Of a stretch of DNA of 64,000 nt, positions 20,292 through 31,340 are shown one piece after another. A program made the translations under genes and the position numbers. Positions within the stretch are counted from its first letter, which is position 1, and every line of letters begins with the position of its first letter. The DNA comes from an uncultured delta proteobacterium (GTDB lineage Bacteria > Desulfobacterota > Binatia > UBA9968). A model generated the notes under the pieces. The model did no database searches. It was given only the letters and a program-made list of their open reading frames with translations, and had not been told where the DNA came from. The stretch lies in assembly GCA_963727625.1 (NCBI GenBank), contig CAVSHR010000003.1, forward strand, positions 160,001 to 224,000, written 5' to 3'.

Positions 20292-21281
20292 ATGCTTAAA
20301 GTCATTCCCGTTGAAGAAGCCGTGGGGTTGCCCCTGGCCCATGACATCACCGAGATCGTGCCTGGCAAACATAAAGGGCCCGCCTTTCGCCGCGGACATA
20401 TCGTGCGCCAGGAAGATATCTCCAAGCTTTTGGATGTCGGCAAGCGCCATCTCTACGTCATGGAGCTCGAAAAAGACGAGCTGCATGAGGAGGACGCGGC
20501 GCGCCGGCTCGCCAGGGCGGCCGCTGGGCCTAATCTAAAAATGACCGATCCGAGCGAGGGCCGGATTAATTTAGTCGCGGAAATTTCGGGACTGCTCAAA
20601 GTTGACGCCGAGCGGCTCTATAGATTCAACTCCTTAGGCGATCTGATGATGGCGACTCTGCCGGGCAACCGTTACGTCAGAAAAGGCACGGTGGTGGCCG
20701 GCACCCGGACGATTCCGGTCATCGTAAAAGAAGAATTGATCCAAAGAGCCGAGGCAGTATGCAAGGCTAAACCGATCGTCACCTTGCTGCCGATGCCGCC
20801 GAAGAAAGTGCATTTGGTCGTGACCGGCAGCGAAGTTTTTACCGGCCGGATAAAGGACGGTTTTGGCCCGGTGGTAACGCGGAAGATCGGCGAGCTCGGT
20901 TCGATGGTAGAGTCAGTCAAGTTGGCGCCCGACGACCCCGATGTGATCGCCGGCGAGATTGAGGCCGCCAAGCAGGCTGGCGCCGACATCATTCTGGTGA
21001 GCGGCGGCATGTCCGTTGACCCCGACGATAAAACGCCGGAAGGGATCCGGCGCAGCGGCGCGAAATTTGAAACGCACGGTTTTCCCGTCCTGCCCGGCTC
21101 GATGTTTGTCATGGCCTATCTCGGTGAAACTCCGGTCATGGGTCTTTCAGGCTGCGTGCTTCACGACCCGTTCACGGCGTTCGATGCTCTGCTGCCGCGC
21201 ATGCTCGCCGGGGAAAAAATCACGCGCGCCGACATCATGGCCATGGGCCACGGCGGTTTGCAGCGCAAGCACGACCATTGA
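20292..21281 (+). CDS. Molybdopterin-binding (MoeA/MogA-like) protein
   Basis: LAHDITEIVPG, LHEEDAA, VTGSEV, GGMSVDPDDKTP, PVLPGSM. Confidence 0.88.
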   Translation: MLKVIPVEEAVGLPLAHDITEIVPGKHKGPAFRRGHIVRQEDISKLLDVGKRHLYVMELEKDELHEEDAARRLARAAAGPNLKMTDPSEGRINLVAEISGLLKVDAERLYRFNSLGDLMMATLPGNRYVRKGTVVAGTRTIPVIVKEELIQRAEAVCKAKPIVTLLPMPPKKVHLVVTGSEVFTGRIKDGFGPVVTRKIGELGSMVESVKLAPDDPDVIAGEIEAAKQAGADIILVSGGMSVDPDDKTPEGIRRSGAKFETHGFPVLPGSMFVMAYLGETPVMGLSGCVLHDPFTAFDALLPRMLAGEKITRADIMAMGHGGLQRKHDH

Positions 21282-21351
21282 AACAGCGAGTCGTGATCAG
21301 CGATTAGTCGATGAGCAAAAGTAACGTGGGAGCAACTGACCGGAGGAAACC

Positions 21352-22002
21352 GTGGATATTCTGCGAACCCTGAAAGAGCGGTGCGATCCCAAATACGCGG
21401 CGTTAGTTGTCGTCGACGTGCAGAATGACTTCGTCAGTCCAGACGGCAGCGCTGCCAAGCGCGGTGAGGACGTGAACGCGGCGATCGCCATCATGCCAAC
21501 GCTGCAGCGTCTGATCCACGAAGCGCGGCGCGTGGGTCTCACGATCGTCTACATCAGAACGACCCACAGCGAGTGGACCGATACACCGTCGTGGATCTAT
21601 CGCACATCGCAGAAAGGCGGACTTTCTACTTGCCGCGAGGGTGCCTGGGGCGCCGAGTTCTATCAGGGGATTTCTCCGTTGCCATCCGAACGGGTGGTGG
21701 TGAAACATCGCTACAGCGCCTTTATCAACACGGATCTCAATACGGTGCTCAAGGCGCGCAATATCCAGAGCGTGCTGGTCTGCGGCGTGGCGACCAATGT
21801 CTGCGTCGAAACGACCGCGCGCGACGCCTACATGTTCGATTATTACGTCACGATGATCGATGATTGCTCGGCGGCCTACGAAGCCAAGTTGCACTTTGGC
21901 ACGCTGGACAATATACGCCGCCACTTTGGCTTAGTCGCTTTGTCCAATGAAATTATCGACACCTGGCGCGATTTAACGACAAAACCGGCGGCCGGGATTT
22001 AA
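21352..22002 (+). CDS. Cysteine hydrolase (isochorismatase/RutB-like)
   Basis: VVVDVQNDF, KHRYSAF, GVATNVCVETTARDA. Confidence 0.92.
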   Translation: MDILRTLKERCDPKYAALVVVDVQNDFVSPDGSAAKRGEDVNAAIAIMPTLQRLIHEARRVGLTIVYIRTTHSEWTDTPSWIYRTSQKGGLSTCREGAWGAEFYQGISPLPSERVVVKHRYSAFINTDLNTVLKARNIQSVLVCGVATNVCVETTARDAYMFDYYVTMIDDCSAAYEAKLHFGTLDNIRRHFGLVALSNEIIDTWRDLTTKPAAGI

Positions 22003-22029
22003 ATTAAAAAGATAGCCATCGTTCAATAG

Positions 22030-22068
22030 AAAACGGCCTGGCAGGAGCTTTTCTGCCAGGCCGTTTTT
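22030..22068. terminator. Bidirectional rho-independent terminator
   Basis: AAAACGGCCTGGCAG-GAGCTTTT-CTGCCAGGCCGTTTTT between convergent genes. Confidence 0.9.
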
Positions 22069-22086
22069 GTCGAGTATCAAGCGAGA

Positions 22087-23115
22087 TCACTTCATCAGGT
22101 CGGCATTAATGCGTTCGAGAGCTTCGAGGGGCGGTTGCAGATCGTCTTGTGTAAGCTCCGAGAGCGGAACGTCGCACAAGTTGAGCTCGTCGGCGAACTC
22201 CTTGCGGTTCGGATTATAATAGATCAAGCCAGTCAAGAATTTTCCCTCGGCGATGGCGCCATGGATGGCCTGGATCGCTTGCGCCTTGCTGGTCGGATCG
22301 TAATCCTTACCGAGTTTGTGCAGGATGATGTGCGAGCCGTCGTGCAATTGCACCTCGTGGTCCGTGCCCTCGTCGTAGTCGGCTTCGATGTTCTCGTACG
22401 GCGGAATAAAGTCGAGTTCATGGATCGGGTCGAGATGGCCTTTGACGTATTTTAAACTCTTGGTCGAGCCTTCATGATTATTGAACGTAACGCAGGGGCT
22501 GATGACATCTAAAATCGCGCTGCCCTTATGCGCTAGGGCGCCCTGAACCAGCGGCGTTAGCTGTTTGCGATCCCCGGAGAAACTCCGCGCCACGTAGGTA
22601 GCGCCCAACGTAATCGCCAGCTCCGCCAGATCGATGGCTGGAATATCGTTGACTTTACCCCCCTTCATGACCGAGCCGACATCCGCCGTGGCGGAAAACT
22701 GCCCCTTGGTCAAGCCGTACACGCCATTGTTCTCGATAATGTACGTGATATTCACGTTGCGCCGCATCATGTGGCAAAAATTACCCAAACCGATGGCAGA
22801 GGTGTCACCGTCGCCGGAGACACCGATTGGCAGCAACGTATGATTCGCCAAATTGGCCCCGGTCGCAACCGCGGACATCCTGCCGTGAACGGCATTAAAG
22901 CCGAATGATTGACTCAGAAAATATGCCGGAGTTTTAGAAGAACAACCGATGCCGCTCAATTTAACCACTTTGTGAGGGTCGATGCTGTTTTCGAAGTAGG
23001 CCCGTTGCACCGAGGCTGATATTGCGTCGTGGCCGCAGCCGCGGCACATCGTCGAGGGCGCGCCATTGTAATCTTTTTCTGTTAGGTTAATACGATTGAG
23101 TTTTGCTTCTGCCAT
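22087..23115 (-). CDS. korB: 2-oxoacid (2-oxoglutarate-type):ferredoxin oxidoreductase beta subunit
   Basis: CRGCGH, SGIGCSS, HGR, TPP motif GDGD...NN, YGLTKGQ, SPCVTFN. Confidence 0.9.
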   Translation of the reverse strand: MAEAKLNRINLTEKDYNGAPSTMCRGCGHDAISASVQRAYFENSIDPHKVVKLSGIGCSSKTPAYFLSQSFGFNAVHGRMSAVATGANLANHTLLPIGVSGDGDTSAIGLGNFCHMMRRNVNITYIIENNGVYGLTKGQFSATADVGSVMKGGKVNDIPAIDLAELAITLGATYVARSFSGDRKQLTPLVQGALAHKGSAILDVISPCVTFNNHEGSTKSLKYVKGHLDPIHELDFIPPYENIEADYDEGTDHEVQLHDGSHIILHKLGKDYDPTSKAQAIQAIHGAIAEGKFLTGLIYYNPNRKEFADELNLCDVPLSELTQDDLQPPLEALERINADLMK

Positions 23116-23145
23116 TGCCCCTGTTCCTTTTGTTTTTGAACTTAA

Positions 23146-24966
23146 TTAAGCGGTTTTCGCCGTCTGCGCCGCCTCGAAAATCTGTTTGACGACTTCCCCG
23201 GGGGTGATGGGGAGGCCGTTGTAAACTAGAATACTGATGATCTTCGCACCCAGCGTGGGGTTTTCATCCTTGATGATCGCGGCCACCTGCGCGTCACGGT
23301 TTTGCTCAACCAGATAGATGGTGTCATGCTCGGCCAAAAATTCCATCACTTCGGCGGTGAGCGGTAGAGCACGAATCAGCATATGGTTGGTCTTCAACCC
23401 GTGCGTTTTCAAGCGATCGCGCGCCTCTCGCACCGATTCATAGCTCGAGCCGTAGCAGATAATCCCGGTCTTGACGCCCTTCTCTTTTTCAATGATCGGC
23501 TTGGGAACAAATTTCCGCGCGGTATCGAATTTTTTGCGCAGTCTGTCGAGGATGTACTTGTAATCGTGCTCGTCCTCCGAATAATTGGCGTCCGCATTGT
23601 GGCCAGAGCCGCGAGTGAAATATGACGCCGTTCGGTTTTGATTCCCCGCTACGGTACGGTACGGAATGCCGTCGCCGTCTTGGTCATAGTAGCGGCGAAA
23701 CTTCTTGCCGGCCTTCACCCATTCATCGAGCTGTGCGGCGCTCAAACGTTTGCCGAAATCGAACGGCTCCTGGTTCAGTTTCAGCGGCTCCGAAGGCCAA
23801 AAATTCATACCAAGGTCAAGATCCATGGCCATGAAAACCGGAGTCTGGAAGCGATCGGCAAAGTTGAAACTCTGACGCGCGAAGTCGAAACAGGAATTCA
23901 TGTCGTGGGGAATCAAGATGATATGGCGCGTATCGCCGTGCGACGCGCCGTACATGAGCGAAATGTCGGACTGCTGGGTGCGAGTCGGCAAGCCGGTTGA
24001 CGGCCCGCCGCGCTGGATAATGAAAAACACGCAGGGAATCTCGGCGAAATAAGCCAAGCCGATGGATTCATTCATGAGCGAAAGCCCCGGCCCGGAGGTC
24101 GAAGTCATGGCACGCGCGCCGGCCCAGCCCGCACCAACGATCATTCCCACCGAGGCGATTTCATCTTCGGCTTGAACGATGGCGTAAGGTTTTTTGCCAT
24201 CCTTGGGCTTGCGCAGTCGGGGTAGATAGTACTCCATCGTTTCGGCGAGCGAGCTCGAAGGCGTGATGGGATACCAGCAAACGACCGATGCGCCGCCATA
24301 AATTGCGCCGAGCGCTGCCGCGGTGTTGCCTTCCGTGATGATTTTGCCTTTGTTGCCGTCCGGGATGGTTTCGAGGCGGGCGATGCTTTGTTTGAAATTT
24401 TGTTCCTTGCAGTATTGATAACCGGCGTCGATACAAATCAAGTTGGACTCGATGACCGCCGGCTTCTTGCCGAAAGTATCTTCGAGCACCGCTTTGATCA
24501 CCGACATGTCGATGCCGAAGAGATAGGCCAGCGCGCCGACATAGACCATGTTGCGCTGTTTGGCGCGCAGCGGCGATGCCGGCACCAGCTTGGCAACCAG
24601 CTTGCTCGCCGGAAATCCGACGTACTGGACGCCGTCGCGCTTTAAAGCTGCCGTCAGAGGCGTGGAGTCGTCGTGTAGAATCAGGCCGCCGTCGCGCACG
24701 CGGTAGATATCCTTCGCGGCGGTGGCGTCGTTGAACATCACCATTACGTCAATGACATCTTTGCGACTTAAATAGCCGTCTGCCGAAGCGCGGATCTGAT
24801 ACCAAGTCGGCAAACCCTGGATATTGGAAGGAAACATATTCTTCGATGAGCAGGGGATGCCCATTTTGAAGATCGCCTTGAAAAGAATGTTGTTCGATGA
24901 GGCGCTTCCTGACCCATTCTCGGTGGCGACGCAGATGTTGAGATCATTGATTAACGGTGTGTCCAA
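23146..24966 (-). CDS. korA: 2-oxoacid:ferredoxin oxidoreductase alpha (gamma-alpha fusion) subunit
   Basis: NGSGSASSN, YPITPSS, QAEDEIA, TSGPG, QRGGPSTGLPT. Confidence 0.9.
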   Translation of the reverse strand: MDTPLINDLNICVATENGSGSASSNNILFKAIFKMGIPCSSKNMFPSNIQGLPTWYQIRASADGYLSRKDVIDVMVMFNDATAAKDIYRVRDGGLILHDDSTPLTAALKRDGVQYVGFPASKLVAKLVPASPLRAKQRNMVYVGALAYLFGIDMSVIKAVLEDTFGKKPAVIESNLICIDAGYQYCKEQNFKQSIARLETIPDGNKGKIITEGNTAAALGAIYGGASVVCWYPITPSSSLAETMEYYLPRLRKPKDGKKPYAIVQAEDEIASVGMIVGAGWAGARAMTSTSGPGLSLMNESIGLAYFAEIPCVFFIIQRGGPSTGLPTRTQQSDISLMYGASHGDTRHIILIPHDMNSCFDFARQSFNFADRFQTPVFMAMDLDLGMNFWPSEPLKLNQEPFDFGKRLSAAQLDEWVKAGKKFRRYYDQDGDGIPYRTVAGNQNRTASYFTRGSGHNADANYSEDEHDYKYILDRLRKKFDTARKFVPKPIIEKEKGVKTGIICYGSSYESVREARDRLKTHGLKTNHMLIRALPLTAEVMEFLAEHDTIYLVEQNRDAQVAAIIKDENPTLGAKIISILVYNGLPITPGEVVKQIFEAAQTAKTA

Positions 24967-25043
24967 AGTACGACCTCCTTAAAGCTGTTCCAAAACTCTT
25001 CAATTTTATCACATACCCCTGGAAAGACAACAACTTAGATATT

Positions 25044-25904
25044 TTACCCCGGAGTGTATTGATCTTCGTTATCGAAAAATTCGGCTACTTCCTTCCAGCT
25101 GCGACGAACTTGTTCGTCGACGTTAAATGCGCGCGCGTATTGAAGAATTTCCGGCATGGCGATCAAACCGGTCAATTCGCCGCCGGTGCCGCTGACCGGC
25201 ATGTTGCGGATATCCCGCCGGTACATCTCCGCAAGCACATCGCCGATCAAGGCTGAATGCGGCATGGTAATCAACGGCGCTGTCATGACCTTTTGAATAG
25301 GGGTTTCTTTTACCGGCAGCTCTTTCGTCGCCACGCGTTTGAGAGCATCGCGCTCGGTAAAAATCCCGCTTGGTTTTTCACTGGCCGTGACTATCACAGC
25401 GGTGGAACTTTTTTTGTTCATTAACTCAATGGTTCCATGCACCGAAGCGTTTTCATCCAACGTCACAATTGTCGCGGCGGCGATATCGCCTAAAGTTTTG
25501 GTCTCGCTTAGACCCTGGCCGAGCTCGACCGCAATGCTGAGAATACGCCGCATGGAAACGACGCCGATAATCTTGCCGCGCCGGCCGCGCACCAGCAGGT
25601 GGCGGAATTTGCCCCGATACATTTTTCCGAAGGCATCAATGATGTGAGTTTCCTCGCGCACGGCGCGGACGGGGGTGGTCATCACACTTCTAATCGCCGT
25701 TTTACGCGTATCGATGCCGGTGTTGAGGATGCGCTTCAAGACGTCTTTCTCGGTGAAGATGCCGATCGGAATGTCATCGTCGGTCACGATAATACGGCCG
25801 ACGTCCTCTGCCACCATGATTTCCATGACGTGAAAGATCGACGACGATGCCGGCGCCGTCGTGAGATGGGTCGTCATGACTTCGCTGACTTTATTGGAAA
25901 GCAT
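25044..25904 (-). CDS. Tandem CBS-domain protein (four CBS)
   Basis: Two GIFTE(K/R)D motifs with VMT repeats; GAAGGAGG RBS. Confidence 0.88.
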   Translation of the reverse strand: MLSNKVSEVMTTHLTTAPASSSIFHVMEIMVAEDVGRIIVTDDDIPIGIFTEKDVLKRILNTGIDTRKTAIRSVMTTPVRAVREETHIIDAFGKMYRGKFRHLLVRGRRGKIIGVVSMRRILSIAVELGQGLSETKTLGDIAAATIVTLDENASVHGTIELMNKKSSTAVIVTASEKPSGIFTERDALKRVATKELPVKETPIQKVMTAPLITMPHSALIGDVLAEMYRRDIRNMPVSGTGGELTGLIAMPEILQYARAFNVDEQVRRSWKEVAEFFDNEDQYTPG

Positions 25905-26092
25905 CCGGTCACCTCCTTCGAAGTGGTTACAGAAACGGCAGCGATTGAACAACTTGACGGATTATAATTATAGCACCTGTCCGGCCGGAGAACACAAGCT
26001 TCCGGCGATTTCTTTAAAGCCGGCAAAACATTGCGGCCCGGTGTGCCGGCATGTTAGATTTGCACTTGTTCTCCTTGGGGGGATATTTGATC

Positions 26093-26407
26093 ATGAGCCG
26101 GCGGGAAAACGAATTCGACCACGGATTGGTCACCGAGACCAAAAAGAAGGTCAAACGCCCGCCGCTTTATAAAGTTTTGCTGCATAACGACGATTACACG
26201 ACTAAGGAATTTGTTGTGCAGATCCTGCAGTATGTGTTTCACAAGGAGCAAACCGAAGCCGTTCAAATTATGCTCCACGTACACAAAAAAGGCATCGGCG
26301 TGGCCGGTGTTTACAGTTATGAGATTGCCGAAACCAAGGTTTCTCTGGTTGATGAACTCGCGCGGCAGCATGAGTATCCGCTGAAATGCACGATGGAAGA
26401 GGCTTAG
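26093..26407 (+). CDS. clpS: ATP-dependent Clp protease adaptor
   Basis: PPLYKVLLHNDDYTTKEFVV...IMLHVHKKG...IAETK. Confidence 0.96.
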   Translation: MSRRENEFDHGLVTETKKKVKRPPLYKVLLHNDDYTTKEFVVQILQYVFHKEQTEAVQIMLHVHKKGIGVAGVYSYEIAETKVSLVDELARQHEYPLKCTMEEA

Positions 26408-26408
26408 A

Positions 26409-28688
<2,280 letters not shown>

Positions 28689-28715
28689 ATTGTTCTTGCC
28701 GCGCCGCACAGCCGG

Positions 28716-29981
28716 ATGGAACAACGGGTCGTCACGTCATTTCTGATATTCTTTGCACTCGATTTCCTGGTTGAATTTGTACTCAACGAATTGAATCTCC
28801 GCTACGTGCGCGCCTGCTGGGCGCAAAAACGGATCCCCGAGCTTTTTCGCGACAAGCTGAACGCGGAAGGATATCAAAAGTCAGTAGAGTACACCCTGGC
28901 CAAAGGCCGCTTCGGCCGCTGGGTCGAAATTTATCATCGAACCATCAACCTGGTGATTTTATTCAGTGGAATTTTGGCCTTTCTCGATCAATTCGCAGAC
29001 GCGATTGCGCGAGAGTTTTCCCTGGGCCTTTACGGCCAGGGAATTATATTCTGTCTCGCCGTTGGCGGCCTCTTTTCGGTGGCGAGTTTGGCGAGCGATG
29101 TTTACTCGACCTTCGCTCTCGAGGCCAAGTTCGATTTCAATAAGACGAGTGTCGGTCTTTACGTTAGCGATAAGCTCAAAGGTTTGTTGCTCGGGGTCCT
29201 GATCGGCATCCCGTTTCTCCTCGTCGTGTTCTGGCTGATGGATGTGATGGGCCGTTTCTGGTGGATCTGGGCGTTTGTCTTTATTACAGCTTTTCAGCTC
29301 CTAATGGTTGTCATTTTTCCGACGTTCATCGCGCCCTGGTTCAATAAATTCGAGCCGCTCAAGGAAGGAGAGTTTCGCGAGCGTATCCTGGCGCTAGCGG
29401 ACAAGGTTGGTTTCAAGACAAGCGGCATCTATTCGATGGACGGCTCGAAACGGTCGTCCCATTCGAACGCTTATTTCACCGGTATCGGCAAATCTAAGCG
29501 CATCGTGCTGTTCGACACGCTGCTCGAGCAGATGAGCATGGCGCAGGGACTGGCCGTGCTCGCCCACGAGATGGGCCATTACAAAATGAAACATATCCGC
29601 AGAATGCTGATCGTCCAGACCGTTTTTTTATTAATCGGCCTTTTTATTCTCAATTTATTGTTGGACTACCGGCCGCTCTACGCCGGTTTCGGTCTGGAAC
29701 CGAGCCACCACGCCGCTCTGATGCTGTTCAGCCTGCTATCGGGTCCATTTACCTTTTACCTTGGGCCGCTGATGAACTTTCTATCGCGAAAGCATGAGTA
29801 TGAAGCGGACCGTTTTGCCGCGCTCACCTTGGGCGATGGCAAAGCGATGGAAGAGGCGTTGGTCAACTTGACGGTGAAAAATTTATCGAACTTGACACCC
29901 CACCCCTGGTATTCGGCCTACCACTATTCCCACCCCACACCCACAGAACGCATCAGCGCGCTTCGGCAGTCGGCAACTTAG
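28716..29981 (+). CDS. M48 family membrane zinc protease (Ste24/CAAX-like)
   Basis: DGSKRSSHSNAYFTG, LAHEMGH, HEYEAD, YSHP; several TM helices. Confidence 0.92.
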   Translation: MEQRVVTSFLIFFALDFLVEFVLNELNLRYVRACWAQKRIPELFRDKLNAEGYQKSVEYTLAKGRFGRWVEIYHRTINLVILFSGILAFLDQFADAIAREFSLGLYGQGIIFCLAVGGLFSVASLASDVYSTFALEAKFDFNKTSVGLYVSDKLKGLLLGVLIGIPFLLVVFWLMDVMGRFWWIWAFVFITAFQLLMVVIFPTFIAPWFNKFEPLKEGEFRERILALADKVGFKTSGIYSMDGSKRSSHSNAYFTGIGKSKRIVLFDTLLEQMSMAQGLAVLAHEMGHYKMKHIRRMLIVQTVFLLIGLFILNLLLDYRPLYAGFGLEPSHHAALMLFSLLSGPFTFYLGPLMNFLSRKHEYEADRFAALTLGDGKAMEEALVNLTVKNLSNLTPHPWYSAYHYSHPTPTERISALRQSAT

Positions 29982-30022
29982 CGCTTCGGTCCGCTTTTCG
30001 GTAAGATTCAGCAGATGGGAAA

Positions 30023-30046
30023 TGGTCGGGGCGAGTGGATTTGAAC
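30023..30046 (-). mobile_element. Orphan tRNA-Pro 3' end fragment; probable att site of an integrative element
   Basis: Minus strand GTTCAAATCCACTCGCCCCGACCA = T-loop + acceptor strand + CCA; the matching 5' half (CGGGGCG) is not present upstream. Confidence 0.7.
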
Positions 30047-30490
30047 TCCGATGAGCGTAACAAGGCCGAGGATGATCACTAAGTAGCGATGTTTTTAAGG
30101 TAAGTGCTTGCCACATCAACCGGGGTTGAAACCCAAAATTTACCTCAAAACACGGCTAACCCCCCCAAGACCCGAAACCGTCCAGAGCGGCAAAAATGTG
30201 AGGGTCATTGAGTCCCTATTTCAACGCTCAAGGCCTAATCGGGGATAGAGCTAAAAATATATAAGAGCGCTTGTAGCGAAGCCATTTTAATGGTTCAAAT
30301 ATTTCCAAAGCTCCACATCACCAGCTCACCCATCTAGAATTCTCAACCGGCAATCTCTTCGTTCCTTGCGCGATTCACAACTTGTGCGCGGGACCCTCAA
30401 GGGTCCCCAAACACTCCCATCGCAGAATTCACTGAGATCCTGTCAAATCCATGGAGCTGCTCCTTTGATCACTTCATCGTTCGTGGCAAG

Positions 30491-31315
30491 TTAGAATACT
30501 TCCGCTGGTACACCGGTGCGCCAGCGCACTTCACCGGCGATCCATTGCAGCGTGATCACACTGACTTTTTCAATTCCTTTGTCTGGGGGCTCACGATCCA
30601 GGCTATAAATCTGAACGCCGGCGGGATGAATCTCCCGGATTTTCTGAATCCACATCGAAACCGATTCAGGGTCGGTGTTGGTGACTCTTCCCTGGATAAA
30701 ACAGGACTGGAGGTAAATATTCTTGAGTGCTTTCAATCCAACGATAATTTCGCCCATGTACACCGGCGCCGTAGGATGGTTGAGCTGGCAAAACATTTCC
30801 TCGCTGCCAGCGTCGAATTTCATGATTTTTACATCGATAAGTTCCAGCGCGGCGCGAACGGATGGTTCGCCTAAGGTCGACGAGTTTGACAGAATCGAAA
30901 TGCACGCATCGGGTTGGTAACGGTCACGAAGCTCTTTCATTTTGACAATGATTTCGGTGAGTGCCGGATAGACCGTAGGTTCGCCATTGCCGCAGATGGT
31001 GATGGAATCGAGCGTTTTTTTCCCACGGGACAGATCCGCCAACACCTTCTCGACAGCCGTTCCAACCTCATCAACCGTTGGTAGATTATCCAGCCCTCCG
31101 GAAGCGGGCGTCGTGTCTTCAGTCCAGCCGTATTGGCAGTAAATACAATTGAACGAACAGAGTTTATACGCGGTTGGCAGCAAGTTGATGCCGAGAGAAA
31201 TGCCGAGGCGGCGCGATTGAACGGGGCCGTAGACGATCTCCGGTTGCGGCGAATATTTATTCAGCAGTTGCGGCGGCCGGTGGCCTGTGCGTGATCTTAC
31301 CGTGATACGGTTCAT
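30491..31315 (-). CDS. Radical SAM protein (TYW1-like/COG0731-type)
   Basis: YGPVQSRRLGISLGINL, CSFNCIYC, GNGEPT, LSNSS. Confidence 0.88.
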   Translation of the reverse strand: MNRITVRSRTGHRPPQLLNKYSPQPEIVYGPVQSRRLGISLGINLLPTAYKLCSFNCIYCQYGWTEDTTPASGGLDNLPTVDEVGTAVEKVLADLSRGKKTLDSITICGNGEPTVYPALTEIIVKMKELRDRYQPDACISILSNSSTLGEPSVRAALELIDVKIMKFDAGSEEMFCQLNHPTAPVYMGEIIVGLKALKNIYLQSCFIQGRVTNTDPESVSMWIQKIREIHPAGVQIYSLDREPPDKGIEKVSVITLQWIAGEVRWRTGVPAEVF

Positions 31316-31340
31316 GCCGATTCCGGTCGCAACCGATGGC

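Noticed and set aside
30023-30100. Complete tRNA-Pro gene
   Set aside because: Only the T-loop and acceptor 3' strand are present; no D arm, anticodon arm or 5' acceptor strand.
30389-30452. MDLTGSQ-TGA followed by hairpin GGGACCC-TTGA-GGGTCCC as Sec/SECIS
   Set aside because: Another in-frame TGA follows within about 17 codons and the peptide resembles nothing; more likely a truncated gene plus an ordinary stem-loop.
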